This document shows, piece after piece, positions 37,501-50,845 of a stretch of 64,000 nt of DNA. The notes under the pieces are model-generated. The model saw only the letters and a list, made by a program, of their open reading frames with translations, had not been told where the DNA came from and searched no databases. The stretch is from Calcarisporiella thermophila CBS 279.70 (lineage: Eukaryota; Fungi; Calcarisporiellomycota): NCBI RefSeq assembly GCF_041956535.1, contig NW_027192224.1, positions 122,195 to 186,194 on the forward strand, given 5' to 3'. Position numbers and translations under genes: made by a program. How positions within the stretch are numbered: position 1 is the first letter of the stretch; each line of letters begins with the position of its first letter.

Positions 37501-40451
37501 GAGAGGCCATAGACAGTGAAAATCAGGATATTGACTCGGCCATGGGCGAAACCGCCAAGAGCTCTCCTCCAGCAACAAAGGCCATTGATGGTCTGCAGAA
37601 GCAGCAGTCTAAAGCGACACGGTTTTCGCGTGCAGATCTCAACTTGATGTTCTTTGTTCTTCCGGGTAAAGAGCGTCTCCCGCTGTTCTTTGCCAAATTG
37701 CTGCAAGAGCGCCCTCACTTCTCCATCGTCCGCGATATATTCTCTCACTTTATCTCTGCATCCAGCCCGGTGGCCATGCAGCTCATCGAAAGTCTGTTTG
37801 CCGGTGTCATCAAAATAGAATGCCCCGAGGAAGATTTCGGATCATACAGTGAGATGCTTCTCTATGTGACCCAGTTCGAAGATGTTCCAAAAGACTTTGC
37901 AGCTAAGCGTGAACTGGTCGTCAAAGAAATGCTCAAGCTATTTATGATGCTGGTGAACTCGAGAGAACCTACCTCACATCATATCATTTGGGATCTCTTA
38001 ATGGTGTTCCGCCAATCAGTAGCTTTCGACGGAGAAGTTGGCAATGGATTACGAAGAGAACTGGCAGAATTTACGCCGGTATGGTTGCCTCGAACAGTTC
38101 TTTCCAACCCATTTGATAAAATTCGTCAGTCAAGCGGAGACCTATTTGAAGCCCTTTTAACGAGTGGAGCGTTTGGCTCCTTGGAAATTAAGGGGGAAGG
38201 TGTTATAGAGACAAATGAAGAACGGGAGCAGATGGATGAAGGGGAACGATCGAGTGACGAAAGGGATGTGGATATGAGGGAGAAAGCAAGAGAAGAATCG
38301 AGCGCTGCTTCCAATCGAATACAGGAAGTGTATATTGCACTGTTAAAGAAGTTGCCGAGTGCACAAATGGAATGGCGTTCGGGCCAGGCTTTAAATGCCA
38401 ATGGAAAGGGATGGCGACTCACCTCGTATTTCCGAGTCCTGCGGATGTGCGTCCGGTCCCAATCGGATAAAACGTTGTTCCGCCCATATCTGCTAAATTT
38501 CTTGGAGTGCTTCCTGATGGTGAATGCAATACAGCACGGAATGGATGTAGATCGAAAGGTAAACCTCGTTATAAAGCTTTCACTACGTCGGCTTTCTCCG
38601 GTATATATTTAGTGATTTTTTTCCCACAGGAAATGCTAGCATTTTTCCAAGTTGTATTGGAGGGTTGCCCTGAGAACCTCGACGAGTTTGTCAAATCAGG
38701 GGAGCGAATGTGGAAGGGCTTTTTCGAAAACTTCGTTCAGTAAGCTATTGTTTGGATCACAACCCGAAGATCTACGTAGTCAATCTGATGTCTCTTCTAT
38801 ACTAGCTTGGATAAAATTCGCGAAAATATCCTCTTTAACAAGACCTTCCTCCCTCACTTCTACAGTGTGATATTGCTCGCGTGTCAGCGCTCCCACGAGT
38901 TCCACCTGGCGTGGCAGACGGCGCACACATGTAGCTGGGCCATGAAGTGTATGATACTTGGCCATTTCCAGGACACACACGTAAGAAACCCAGAAAAAAA
39001 TATACATGTTCGATTATCTTTCTTCTAATTGCCATATGCTTGACGGTTATCTTTTGTAGTGGACAAAAGAGTTGCAGGAGCTCTTCAACTTTTCTGCGCA
39101 GCAGTCGTCCAGCTTCCGAAGAATAATGTGGAAACAGGAACTTGACAGCGTACCCTATTTCATTAAGTGAGCATTTGACTCTGACGTTCCCCTTTTTCTT
39201 TACTCCTCACTAACCAAATAAATTTTAGAACGGCACGTTTGCTTTATTTCCCCAACGACTCAAGCACTATGGAATATTTCTGCGAGGTTAAGGGATTCCT
39301 AAATATTACCGCAAACATTGCCAGCATGATGAACATGCTTGCTGGTGGCAAAGAAGAGGCATACCAACATCTCGATGAGTCGCTCCTAGTTCTTGCGGAT
39401 TACCTGCAGCTAACCAGCCGCCACTCTCACAAATCATGTAAGTCATGACTCCATCTAAGCTTACATTTTATTTTGGCAATGATGATGAACCATTTATGAC
39501 CTTACATGTTATATATCATGTCTAGACGTGATAGCCGCCATTAGAAATTGGACCACTATACAGCAGGCGCTCAAATCATTAAGCATTTTGTTGCGCGCAA
39601 ATACCCCCTCAAATGTTTTCCTTCATGCGTGTGAAGTACTCTGCCTCTTGGCTCATAACCCGCTTACTAGACGTAGCGTGGTTCCTTTATTAGATGCCAT
39701 GCATAACGCTGCGCAACTATGGCATGAGAAGATGGAGGCAGGTGAAGTGACTGACGAGGATTTGTTATTGGCTTTCGGAGGAAAGTTCTCCGCTATTGTG
39801 CAGCTTGAGTTCTGGAAACCTCACACGCAGGATGCGAGCCTGGAGGGTGTGTATCATCAGGTTGGCCCACTGGTACATATTTTCTGGCCATGGCTGCATA
39901 ACAAGCCTGCCCACCGGGTTCTTGAGTTACGATCTCGGTTCTATGAACCCTTCTATGAGCTCGCGGTTGAACTTGCCCAGGGAACAGAGTCGCTAGATGG
40001 AGAAGAGCGGAAATTTATCAAGGGGGTAGAGCTCAACGTGCTGCTTGCACTCGAGAGCCTACCGCTCGGGTGGAATACGCCCTGCATTGAATATGTGATC
40101 TCGGTTGCGTCTCGGATTGGCGAGATGGATGGTGCTCTCTCGAAGAAGATAAGTGAGCTGCCATCCCTGGCGTGCTTGGTAGAACGGCTAAAACAGGCGG
40201 ATAGCACCGAATTACGCGAGGCCGGAGAGACCATAGAGAGGCATCTCAAGGCCCCTCCCCCGGCTGGGGAGGGGACAAAGCAGAGAGAAGTGACAGACCA
40301 GAATCGGGCTTTGTCGCTGCAAAAACAAGAACTAATGACGGAAATTCTTCCAGTAGCTGGTGACCAGATGGAATGTGCTTCACCTTCGACTCAGGCGACA
40401 CTTGGACACGATAACACTAGCAGAGAAGAGAAAAAATTAGCAGAAGGCTAA
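28581..40451 (+). CDS. Very large ubiquitin-specific protease (USP34/USP24/USP9-like) with acidic N-terminus, helical repeats and Ubl domain; many introns
   Basis: Cys box GYVGLVNLGATCYVNS (about 35397-35445), QMDVDEFF, LHLKRFDFD, His box GVLVHSGTADSGHYYSFI, WYHFNDS, SAYMLFY; RLDLRLCGLAEI and HLELMQRS motifs of the USP9/24/34 group. Confidence 0.92.
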
Positions 40452-40878
40452 AAATTTAAATACTTCCTTTGTGCATATACGATTATATTTTTTCCTTTTC
40501 CCATATACATATATATTATATTATATACATTTTTCCTATTACATCCTTTTCTATTCCTGAAAGGCGGGACGAGAAGGCTATCTACACCTTTTTTTTTATT
40601 GTAAATATTATAATTGAAATAACACCGATATTTTATTGAAAGCAAACTTACAATCTCACGATTGTGTAGCCATTTTGGCAGAAATAATGCTTAACGCAAT
40701 TTTTTTTTCAAATTCGTATTGACCCCCTACTGGTTGTTGCAGAACCGAGGCTGAGTAGTGGGTTTTGAAGATAGTGAAAGGTCGACTCCCTTCCCATGAG
40801 TAAAGTGACTGCATTCTCGAGAATTTTTTTCGCCTTTTTTCCACCCAAGACGTATTCTCACAACAACCATACAACACA

Positions 40879-42895
40879 ATGCGTGAAGTAATAACATTAC
40901 AGTTTGGCCACAGTGCTAATTTTATTGGGACGCATTTCTGGAACACACAAGACGCGTACTTCACTTACGATCCTGCCGCTCCTCCCCCCGAGTTGATGCA
41001 CGATGTTCTCTACCGTACTGGAATGTCGCAGCAGGTGCACAAATGCTCTCCTTCATTTTTATTTTTAAAACGCGGGCAAAAGAACTGAATTTTGGACATT
41101 GAGTAGGGCATAGAGACATACACTCCCCGTGCGCTGATATATGATTTAAAGGGCGGCTTTGGATCCTTGAGCAAATATAATAGATTGTATGAGGACAAGA
41201 CCACAGAGTCCAATTTAGAAGGGAATGTGGTAAAATATGAGCAGGAGCGCCATCCCAAGAATTCATTCTTGCAAACTCTGGAAGAAGAGGAGGTTAGTAG
41301 CCGATGCTGCTCCAATCTACTTGGATTGCATTTGATTGAGTCGGATCTCAACTATTTTTTTTTCGTTTCGAAGGAGACAGGAATTACAAACGAGGCAAAA
41401 AATTTTAATCTCGATAAAGAAGTCAAGGTGTGGTCTGATTTTAACCGAACCACCTTCCACCCACGCTCTCTCCATCAACTTCTGTCACACAGTCTTGACT
41501 CGTCCATATTGCCTTTCTCTGCTTTCCCCGTTGGCCTCGACGCGTTTCAGGAATATGAGCGTGACCACGCCTCCTACGATGATTCCCTTCGCCACTTCGC
41601 GGAAGAGTGTGACCAGCTGCAGGGATTCCACGTTATGGTCTCAACCTATGACGCATGGGGAGGATTTGCTACTGGGATCTTGGAAAGCGTGCGAGATGAG
41701 TTCTCAAAGGCGGGGATCTGGGTCTATGGGCTTGGAAACCTAAGCCCCGAACCGTACGAGAATCTGGTACGGAAAAAGAAGCATTTGTTGTTTTCGAGTT
41801 TAGCTTCAATGTAATGGTGCCAATCCAACCTCACGTGTTTTTGCAAACATTAACATAGAGAAAAAGTCAGATGGAGCCTATTAACGAGGCCTTGAGTATG
41901 GTACGACTGGGAGAGCTAGCTTCCGTATACGTTCCGCTGCGAAGAGAATGCTTGGATGTGCCCTGGCCAAAACTTTCCTTCAATGTTAGTTAGACACCTT
42001 AATCATGCACATTGCATTTTTAGCTACGATACTAGAACGCCTTTCTCTTTTATACTGCATTCGATAGCCGAAGCTCCTCTATCATACAACCGCAGTCTTG
42101 TCTGCGGCAATCGAAACTGCATCCCTACCCTTCCGTACACGCCAGGACCCCACTAGCATGGGACAACTCGCAGGGCTCTATAACTGGCGCAGTAGCATAC
42201 CCCTCGCCTCGCTATCAGTAGCAATGCCGCTCGGTGACGCCGAGCACTTTCACAAATCAGATATCAGAAGTCTAACGACAACCAAAAAAGAGGACCCATA
42301 TAGCCAGTCACTAGTAATCCGAGGCTTGGAAAAGAGGTCAGTTTTAGTTGCCTTTATATTATGATGCGGAAAGGCCCATAGGATATTAACTTGATGGCTT
42401 TAGCGATGCGAAAAAGAGGTTGGAGGAACTGCAAGACCAGAATGAGGCCATATCGGCAGGGTAAAGACCTTTCTAGCCTAGCCAACCGTTTCCTATTGTT
42501 GAAGCATGCTTTCACCAATTTGTAGGCAATTGGTGCACACTGCTTTTCCGACTGCTTCGCCATATCCAAAAATATTCGAGCAAGACACTAGGTAACGCAT
42601 TGCTTCAAGACACGTTCACATGCTTTCTCTACCACCCCTCCTACCTTTTTTTTAACCCGGAGTGTTTTTTTTTATTAGTCCTCTTCCTCAAACATCTGTG
42701 GCAATGCTTACACGTTTGGCCGCCTCAAACACTCTGGCACACAACACCGCCTCACTTTTACGGGCCATCAACGAGGTTAACTTTAGCGCGCATGTAGAGT
42801 ATAGAACGGATTTGGAGAATTCAATTGGGGAGGATGAATGGAGAGAGGTGAAAAGCACTCTGGCCGATTTATTGGATGCCTATCGAGGAGACTGA
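40879..42895 (+). CDS. DML1: Dml1/Misato tubulin-FtsZ-like protein; about 7 introns
   Basis: [64 protein letters not shown]. Confidence 0.93.
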
Positions 42896-43454
42896 ATATG
42901 AGGCGTGTGGCTCATCTGTTTCAGCGCCTTGTCCAATTTGCGGGCAGGGGGCTAGATCGTAAGGGCCTAGCGGGGATGGCAAAACGAAGGTGGATAGGGA
43001 GGATGCGGGAATGTGTATGGACTGTTTTGTTTAGGCTGCGTCTTCACTCTTGTAATGATGTTACATATACTTGCATGAGTTTGTCACGACGGATTTCGTG
43101 GCCTTGGGCCGAAAGCAAAGAGGAAAATGCTATCCATCCATTCTGCGCCACACTTCTATTTTTAATTTGGAAATAACTCCTAATAAATAGGATTCCGTTA
43201 GATCATGCGTTATTTTTGGAAACTTGCTGATGGAACCCGTGAAACCTTCATGCGTAATGTAGCTTTGTGGTTCCCTTTTTCTCTGTCCCCCTCTTCTCTC
43301 TTTTTCTGCTGGCTGCTGTTGGCTCCTACATATTACCTCCGGTAGGGCATTTACCTCTTATCTACAGCGTCATTTCATCAGAGTTGAGCTTCCACATCGA
43401 TTCACTCCAACCATTTTCCAGCTATTGGCTTCAGTCTACTTCTCGATTGATTTC

Positions 43455-45373
43455 ATGCGAATACCGCCAGAGAATAATGTTCGGCGGCTTTTGCCTCTTC
43501 ACTTTGCCGCATTCACTTTCCTCACCGCGCTTCTCCTGCTGGTCTCGAGAACCGCTCGCATTCAACAATCCTCCGTGCGGCCATTCCCATGGCACCTCCC
43601 ACTTAACACCAATATGGACGAGCATTTCCTCAGTGTCGAATCTGTGCCCGAGGAAAGAAGAGCAGAGAACAAATGGATCATTATTATAGATGCCGGGTCC
43701 AGCGGGTCCAGAGTGTGGGTGTACGAGAATAAATTGGGCGCGGCGCAAATCCATGGCGAGGTGAGAGGACTGGAGAACGTTGGCTTCAAAAGCACAGAGC
43801 CTGGTAAGTGGTTATTATGTTTTGAGGTCATGGCTTAATTCTAACAATTGTTTTATATTCGTACTTCCCCTCCCTCTTTGTTTGAATTATGCCACCAGGC
43901 CTTTCCTCGTTTGCTCAACGCACAAGTGAATTAGCTAGGCATCTCCGCCCCCTGCTCGACTTTGCCCAGCAACTTATCCCTTCCGCCGATCTCCCATCCA
44001 CCCCTATCTATGTCCTCGCCACCGCTGGGCTACGCCTACTCTCCCCCAATCTGCAGAGCCGCTTGCTCCATGAGACATGTATGCTGATTCGACGTGAATA
44101 CCCCTTTCACCTTCCCGACTGCGGAGAACACGTACGCGTGTTAACGGGAGAAATGGAGGGGATCTATGGCTGGTTGGCCGTCAACTACCGGAGCCTGCTG
44201 ACGGGCGGAGAGCGGGCCAGCATTGGTTTTGTGGACATTGGAGGAGCCAGTGCTCAGATAGCCGTTGAGCATGAAGACGGCGAGGAGGTACGTATACCTC
44301 TAGGGGGAAGGCGGGAGCAAGAAGTGCGCGTGGGGTCTGTGTCGCTGCTTGGGTATGGCAGCAACGAGGCACGTCGCAGATATGTCCAAGAGCTGATCAC
44401 GGCCACTTCGCGCGACGGGGCGGCAATACACGATCGAATTCCCGACCCGTGTTTACCGCAGGGCGTGGTCACTTACGAGGTGAACGTTGTGCTAAGCGGC
44501 ACGGGTGATTACCGCCGCTGCCGCCGCCTTGTCTCCCGCATGATCAAACGCATCTGCCCCGTCAGCCTGACACGGGAAAGCGCGCAGTGCAACGCGCTCG
44601 CGGCGACCTTTGCATCGATCGAGAAATTCATTGGGATTTCGGAGGTGTATTACGTGGCCCGCGCCCTCGGGCTCTCGAAATACGAGCGGGAAAAATTCGA
44701 ACTGCAGACCGCCTACACGTGTGCATCGAAGCGTTGGATAGCGGCCAAGGCGGCGAAAGCGGAGGGCCACGAGAGAACCCTGTGCTTTAGGGCGGTGTGG
44801 GTCTCGGAATTTCTAGAAAAGATTAATAAGGGCCGAGCTCTGGCCGAGAAAAGTCGGCAGGACGAGAAGAAGAAGGGACAAAGGGGAGCGACGGGAAGGG
44901 GTAGAGAGCGAACTGTTGCGCTGAAGCTGGATATCTTGGGCGATGTGAGTTGGACGCTGGGCGCAGCCATTGTGCATATATACAAGGCCAAGCCTGCATC
45001 TGCTGCGCCCCCCTCCACCTCCTGGGCATTCCTGCAGAGACACCATAGAACCATTCTTACCTATAGCCACGAGTATCGAACACCCTTACTCTCGGTTGTC
45101 TTCTTGGCAAGCGCGGCGGTGAGCGTGTGGATCTGGTGGTATGTCCGTAGGCGCCGCAGGGCAAAGCGGAGGTCTACGAGCGTGCCAGCGTGGGTCGACG
45201 CCATGTGCGCCTCGAAGGGCAAGGGAGGCCGCGTGCTGCCGCGACAGGCTGCCAACGGGCTGACGATCAGAGCCATGAGCAATACGAACTTGTGTGGTAG
45301 TGCGAACCCGGGGGAGAAAGAGAAGCCGGCGGGGGGTTTCGTACTGCCGAGCATGATCATGTATTCCAGCTAG
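43455..45373 (+). CDS. GDA1/CD39-family nucleoside phosphatase (Ynd1-like Golgi apyrase); intron 43804-43898
   Basis: All five apyrase conserved regions: DAGSSGSR, ATAGLR, GEMEGIYGW, DIGGASAQ, SWTLG; N- and C-terminal TM helices; basic cytosolic tail. Confidence 0.9.
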
Positions 45374-46018
45374 TGCCCCAGCTCTGGGCGGGAACCCTTT
45401 GCTTGGACCTGTGTATATTAAATGTAAATACTCCCCTGAACCACTCCTCCATATACCATTTCCGATTGCCGAAATAAAGATTCTCCCGGCCTGCAAACCT
45501 TAATTTGCCGGATGTTTCTCCTACGGCTCAAGCGGCCCAACAAAACGGTCTAGAAGGCCGGGAACTCGCTGGCCCACGGGGAAGGCCACGGGGGAGGAAG
45601 GAGAGGCCAAGCGCGTGGTTGAGCACGGCCACGGCGGTGAACAACGCCATCGCGCCAGCATGGGAACAGCTCACCGCCACGGACCAAATATCCTCAGCGG
45701 GTGGGCGGGGACGGGGGGTTTGAAAAGTTAAGGTTTTTCTTAGAAGGCTGACGCCGCTCTGATTGGTGCAGGCGACCACGCGAAATCCTCGCGTGTATAA
45801 TAACCTAACTTCTTTCCCTGCTATTTCAACATGATAGCCCTCTCAATCCCATCTCATTAATAGGCTCTCCATCTTGAATTGCCCTTCCTACTTGCCCTAG
45901 TAGTGCTCAATCTAAATCCCCCCATCCGCATCCCCCTCTTCCCCCCTCCTTTCCCGCCCCTCTCCTCTTCCTCCCCTTCTCCTCGCTTCCCCATTTATTT
46001 CCTCTTTGCCGCCGTGTC

Positions 46019-46987
46019 ATGTCAACTTCAGACCCCATTCTGAAATCTGGTAGCCTCTACCGACCCAACCAGCATTCCCTCATTGCATGGCGCAGGCGCC
46101 ACTTCACCCTGACCCCCACCCATTTGCGCTATCACAAGTCCGTGCTGGACCCGCTCCCCGCCGAGCTCATTGATCTGTCCTACTATGCCGCCTGCGAAAT
46201 CGACTTGTCGTGCCGGCGGCCCTTTGCTTTCCGGCTGGAGCCCAGGGACGAGAGAAACCAGAAGCAGTGGGTGCTGTGTGCGGAAACACGAGAGGAGCTG
46301 GAGGACTGGATGCGCAAGATAATCCCGTGTTTGGGCGCAAGAAACATTATCGATGTGGTGCTGGACCGCATGTCGCTGTCAAGCTATAACCCGCTTTCGC
46401 CCATCGGCAGGGAGAGTGAGGAGAGCGGGGGGAAGGAGGAGGGGGAGGATGCATCCTCGGGTGAAAGCTGCATCCCTCCTTCCCCATCGTCCTCCTCGTC
46501 CCTCTCCACCCTCTCCTCGGCAAAGATCGCGCCGCCTAGGCGAATCCAGCCGGATCCCTCCCGCCATTCCCGCCACGTCGTCTCCGCCGGCTCCCCCTCC
46601 AGCTTGGCCTCACCTCCGCTTTCTCCCATCCCATGCTCACTTTTGGCCGTCAACACGGAGAGGTACTCCCTCGACTCCAGGCTTTCCCAATGCGGCGAGA
46701 TGTCGATCCAACGACCCGATTTGATGCCGAACCCTTCCTTCTCTTCGACCCCCTCCACCTCCATAACTACACCACCCTCCTCGCTGGCCTCAAGGCGTAG
46801 CTTATGGCTGCCGCCCGTGATCGACAGGGATCCGCAGCATTCAAGCAACGACTCCGAATCTGTCAAAGTACCAACCACCCCTCCTCCAATCGGCTCTCCT
46901 CCCCTGACCAGCTCCAAGAGAAGCAGGCGGCTAAGTCTAGCGATCATGTTTGGAATATCATCCGTTACCCCGTCGTTTAATTTTTAA
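46019..46987 (+). CDS. PH-domain protein with Ser/Pro-rich disordered tail
   Basis: LKSGSLYR...WRRRHFTL...LRYHK...FAFRL...LCAETREELEDWM; intronless. Confidence 0.85.
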   Translation: MSTSDPILKSGSLYRPNQHSLIAWRRRHFTLTPTHLRYHKSVLDPLPAELIDLSYYAACEIDLSCRRPFAFRLEPRDERNQKQWVLCAETREELEDWMRKIIPCLGARNIIDVVLDRMSLSSYNPLSPIGRESEESGGKEEGEDASSGESCIPPSPSSSSSLSTLSSAKIAPPRRIQPDPSRHSRHVVSAGSPSSLASPPLSPIPCSLLAVNTERYSLDSRLSQCGEMSIQRPDLMPNPSFSSTPSTSITTPPSSLASRRSLWLPPVIDRDPQHSSNDSESVKVPTTPPPIGSPPLTSSKRSRRLSLAIMFGISSVTPSFNF

Positions 46988-47304
46988 TTGACATATCATT
47001 AGTCTATTATGCTTCTTCCATATATCTATATATTATCCACCTCTATACATAGAGCTCGCTTCTTTTGCATTGCCTGTATACTCGTCTTTTCACTATCTTC
47101 TAACGGCTCCTCCATCGGAAGAGGGACCTTGTAACATAGTAATTTGGCCACGCTTTCATGCCACCTCTTTCCTCGGATGATTTATGGGTGAATTTCTCAT
47201 GCATTCACACCTTTGCACTCAAAATAAAGTCTTCGGTGATAATAGGAAAAATAAACAATATCCCAAGAAATACATGTCTATAAAGTCGAAGCGAAAAAAA
47301 AAGT

Positions 47305-49581
47305 CTATTTGCCACCCTCAACCTCGTCATTGCTTGCTCTATCATCATCCAGAGTGCTCTCCTTTTTCGTCTTGGGCTCCGCGGATCCTCTTTCCCCTCC
47401 ACCCATCTTACTGATCCACGATGCAACCTCCGCTTTTGTCACCACCTCCTTACGGCTACTCTCCTGCCTTCGTTGCTCTTCCTTTCCATGACTCTTCTCC
47501 TCTTCTTCAAGCTCCTCTAGGATCCCTGCTTGCGTTAACACCACATCAGCCACCACGGTCGGATCCTGACCGCCCTCTACGATGCGCGAAATAATCTCAT
47601 TAATTACATCTGGGGGAACTTGCCCCTCTTGAAAAAGTGCATTTATTCTGTCTTTTCTGTCCTCTGGCTCCTCCTCTTTTGCTTTCTTTTCGCCCTCCTG
47701 CTCTTCCTTCTCTCTAACGCTCTCCTCAGCGGTATTATCACTGGAAATCACGCCCCTGGTTTTTTCCACGCCCCACCTTTTTTCCGCCTCTGCGATCTCA
47801 TCGTCGACCACGATGGCACCACTCTTCACCCATTCCTCCACAGCCTCCACCGCCACTCGAGGGTTCTGCTTGAAGTTCATCAGATATCCTTGCAATGAAG
47901 CCATGGAGAATTTTTCGTCCGGGATCTTTTCGGCAAAAGTATCGGCAAGGAGCGGGTCAGGCAACTCAGGATAGAATCGGCGGAATAGTGCACCAGCCTG
48001 AGTAGAGGTGGCATTGGTAAAGTGGATTCGAACATCTATGCGGCCAGGCCGGATCAGAGCCGGGTCAAGACGCTCAATATGGCTAAGGAGGGGGGGAATT
48101 TAAACAAGTGAGTGGAAGGGTGGAGAAAGAAGATAAAGCTTAAGAAACACCAAAAAGTGGATGGGAATGTTACTTTGTCGTCATGCATAGAATGCGCCCC
48201 TCTTGGGCCATAATACCATCAATTGCATTAAGTAGACCTAAAGTCAAGCATTTCGTAAGAAGGGACGGATCCAAGCAATAAAACATCCACCGCTCACCCG
48301 AGAAAGTCAGGCCCTTCTGCCGCTCATTGCCCACTCTCCGTACGAATGCCGAATCCACATCTTCCATCAACAAGATACAACGACCTGGAGTCTCATTCAC
48401 CAAGTCATTTATGGTCTCGTCCGTGACCCCGCGGCTCGCCAAATTCACCATGTAGATATTCAGATTGAGTACGCCTGCCAACGCGAAGATAAAGGAGGTC
48501 TTTCCGGAGCCTGGGTTGCCATAAAATAGGTATCCCCTTCGATAGGGAATGCCCCGTTCGGCATACCATTCCTCGGAATCCAGGAAATTTCTCGCATCCT
48601 TGATTACGTATTCTTTGACGTTGGGGTCTAAAATGACTGAATCCATCGGCCGTTTTGCAATCCTGTTGGCGGTATTTCTGGGCCGTTTCCAGTGGCCAAA
48701 CTGGTCGGAGCCAAATACCACCGTGCGGTCCAGGTCTTTGGCAAGGAACTTGGACTGGGCCTCGCGCACAATAGAGAGCATCAGATCACGCGAAACAGCC
48801 AGGACCGAGATGGTGATGGTCTCGATAGGGATTTGAACTGGTCCTTGATTGGAGTTATGCCGAAGATGGGTCTGATCGGAAGTGTGAAAGTTGAGCCAGA
48901 GCGGCTGCCCACGATAGAAGGTAAAATGGGTCCCTAGACCATGCAGTCAAGGGTTAGGGTTGGATGTTGTAGTGACAAAAGGGTAGGGAGAAGGGAAGAA
49001 AAGCATAAGAGAGGAAACAGAAGGTGCTATTACCTGGTGCTGGAAGGAAAAACAGCTGCGGGACGGTGGTATCCAGGTTCTTTCTAAAGAAAGGAAGTCA
49101 GCTTCGAGTATGGGGTTGACAACATCTCCGCTAACTTACTCAAAAATAGGCTCTCCTCGGGTTAACGATGTCGACACCCTAAACTGCATTGCCTTCGCAA
49201 ATGCAGGCTGTTCCACAAGCCAATTCAGAATATAACTGAATGCTTCATCTCGACTATCAAACACTATATTCAAATTCATGAACATCAGTTACCAAAAAAA
49301 TGCACATAGCTCTCCATTTCAGTAGACCAAGGGAATGCATGTTAGCGCTTCTTACCAGCCCGAGAGACGAATCGCTTATTGAGCCAATCCGTTATTATAT
49401 TGCCTAGTGTTCTGAAAAAGGCCAAGACAACTCCGACCACAAAGAGCTCCACCCCAAGAGAATAGAGATGGCCATGCAAGCTGCTGGCGATGTTTTGCAC
49501 TATAGCCGAGGATTTCCATTGCATGGGCTGCATGAATATGGATGTTAGCCTTGGAACGCCGTATGGTTTCGGATGGTCCAT
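47305..49581 (-). CDS. BCS1-like mitochondrial AAA ATPase with acidic C-terminal extension; about 5 introns
   Basis: N-terminal TM, DSRDEAFSYILNWL, WYAERGIPYRRGYLFYGNPGSGKTS (Walker A), ILLMEDVD (Walker B), TFSGLLNAIDG, LDPALIRPGRID, FSMASLQGYLM. Confidence 0.92.
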
Positions 49582-50778
49582 CGTTGTAATGGAAGTGAGA
49601 ACTCCAGTATTTCCGCGGTAACAAGCAAAGTGTTGCGATGGAGTTGAATAGAGTTATATGCGAACCCATATTGTCAAAAAAAAAGAGAAGGTGCAACGCT
49701 CCTGTGGAACCGTGACCAAAAACTCGTCCTATTTCTGAGTACAAAGGAGGTGAATATTTCTTTTTACTATTGCTTCCTGCCCTTCGCTATTTCCATAGAT
49801 TCTCGCATTTTACTTTTTGTTTGACCGCCACCTTATTTGTCAGATTCTTGTCTTTCTTCTCCTGCAACAATACATGGATCCTTATTTTAGAGTGTTCAAT
49901 CTATGGTATTCTTCATGGTAAGCGTTAAAATTCACCTAAGGGGTAATTTTGAAGTAGCGCGGGTGACCATGGCTGGTGATGACTATAAATGGAATACATC
50001 GTGGCAATGCGACTAAACCATTTTTGGAAATCGCTTATTTTAACCAACCAAGAATACCTTTTCAACCTTGCTGAAACTGATAGATTCTTACAAGAGGTTT
50101 TCCATCGTCTGTATTTCAAAAAAAAAAATACGCGTTCAAAGGCCGCAGTTTAAGAACTAGGTTCAGATATTTAAATTGGCATCGTAAGAATCATATGCAA
50201 ATTTTGAATTACTCAAGCACCTACCCATCGCATCCCGCTGGTTTTCTCTGATTCTAAGTCTGAGAAATAAAACATGTACTGGAGTAAGTGGCAAGAAAAA
50301 AAAATCCTCCAAGGATTACATATTATGTTGGACGGGTAGGAGATTATCATGAGGTAAGTAAGATGCGTCATACAATTAGAAGAGCACGTCATACTCCGCC
50401 TCAACTCCTCCATAGTACCCAAATTATATTTCGATGTTGAGACCATAACGAGATTGTTTTCATAAGTTCAACAAATATGCTCAAGTATGGTTCATCCCCA
50501 AGCTAGGATGATCGTCGAGCTGTCTCTCGTCACCATATTGACTCTACGTCTGGGAAGAAATTTCGTGAGAACCAACTGAACACATCCATGTATATGCTGA
50601 AATGCCGGGCTGCACTATGTGTAAGGTTAGCTCAAGGCTGGGTTTGGGATGTGTAAATTACATAAACCAAGATGACATGCCTCAAAATTTCTCCGTATAT
50701 ATTCTACTGATACACTCCTTATTTCCCCTTAATCAACACACTATAGGAGAGCGTCTACGGCTACGGATGCTAACTGGA

Positions 50779-50845
50779 GGGGGGGTATGTAGCTACATAC
50801 CCCCCCCCCCCATGTAGGAACAGCTATAGCTGTTCCTCCAACATG
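50779..50845. repeat. Two adjacent perfect palindromes (28 bp and 22 bp)
   Basis: GGGGGGGTATGTAGCTACATACCCCCCC at 50779-50806 and AGGAACAGCTATAGCTGTTCCT at 50816-50837, the second flanked by CATGT...ACATG. Confidence 0.9.

Noticed and set aside
5142-45373. A functional phosphate-metabolism gene cluster (phosphatases, Psr1, apyrase)
   Set aside because: Psr1 and the apyrase are unrelated housekeeping enzymes interspersed with unrelated genes; there is no evidence of co-regulation.
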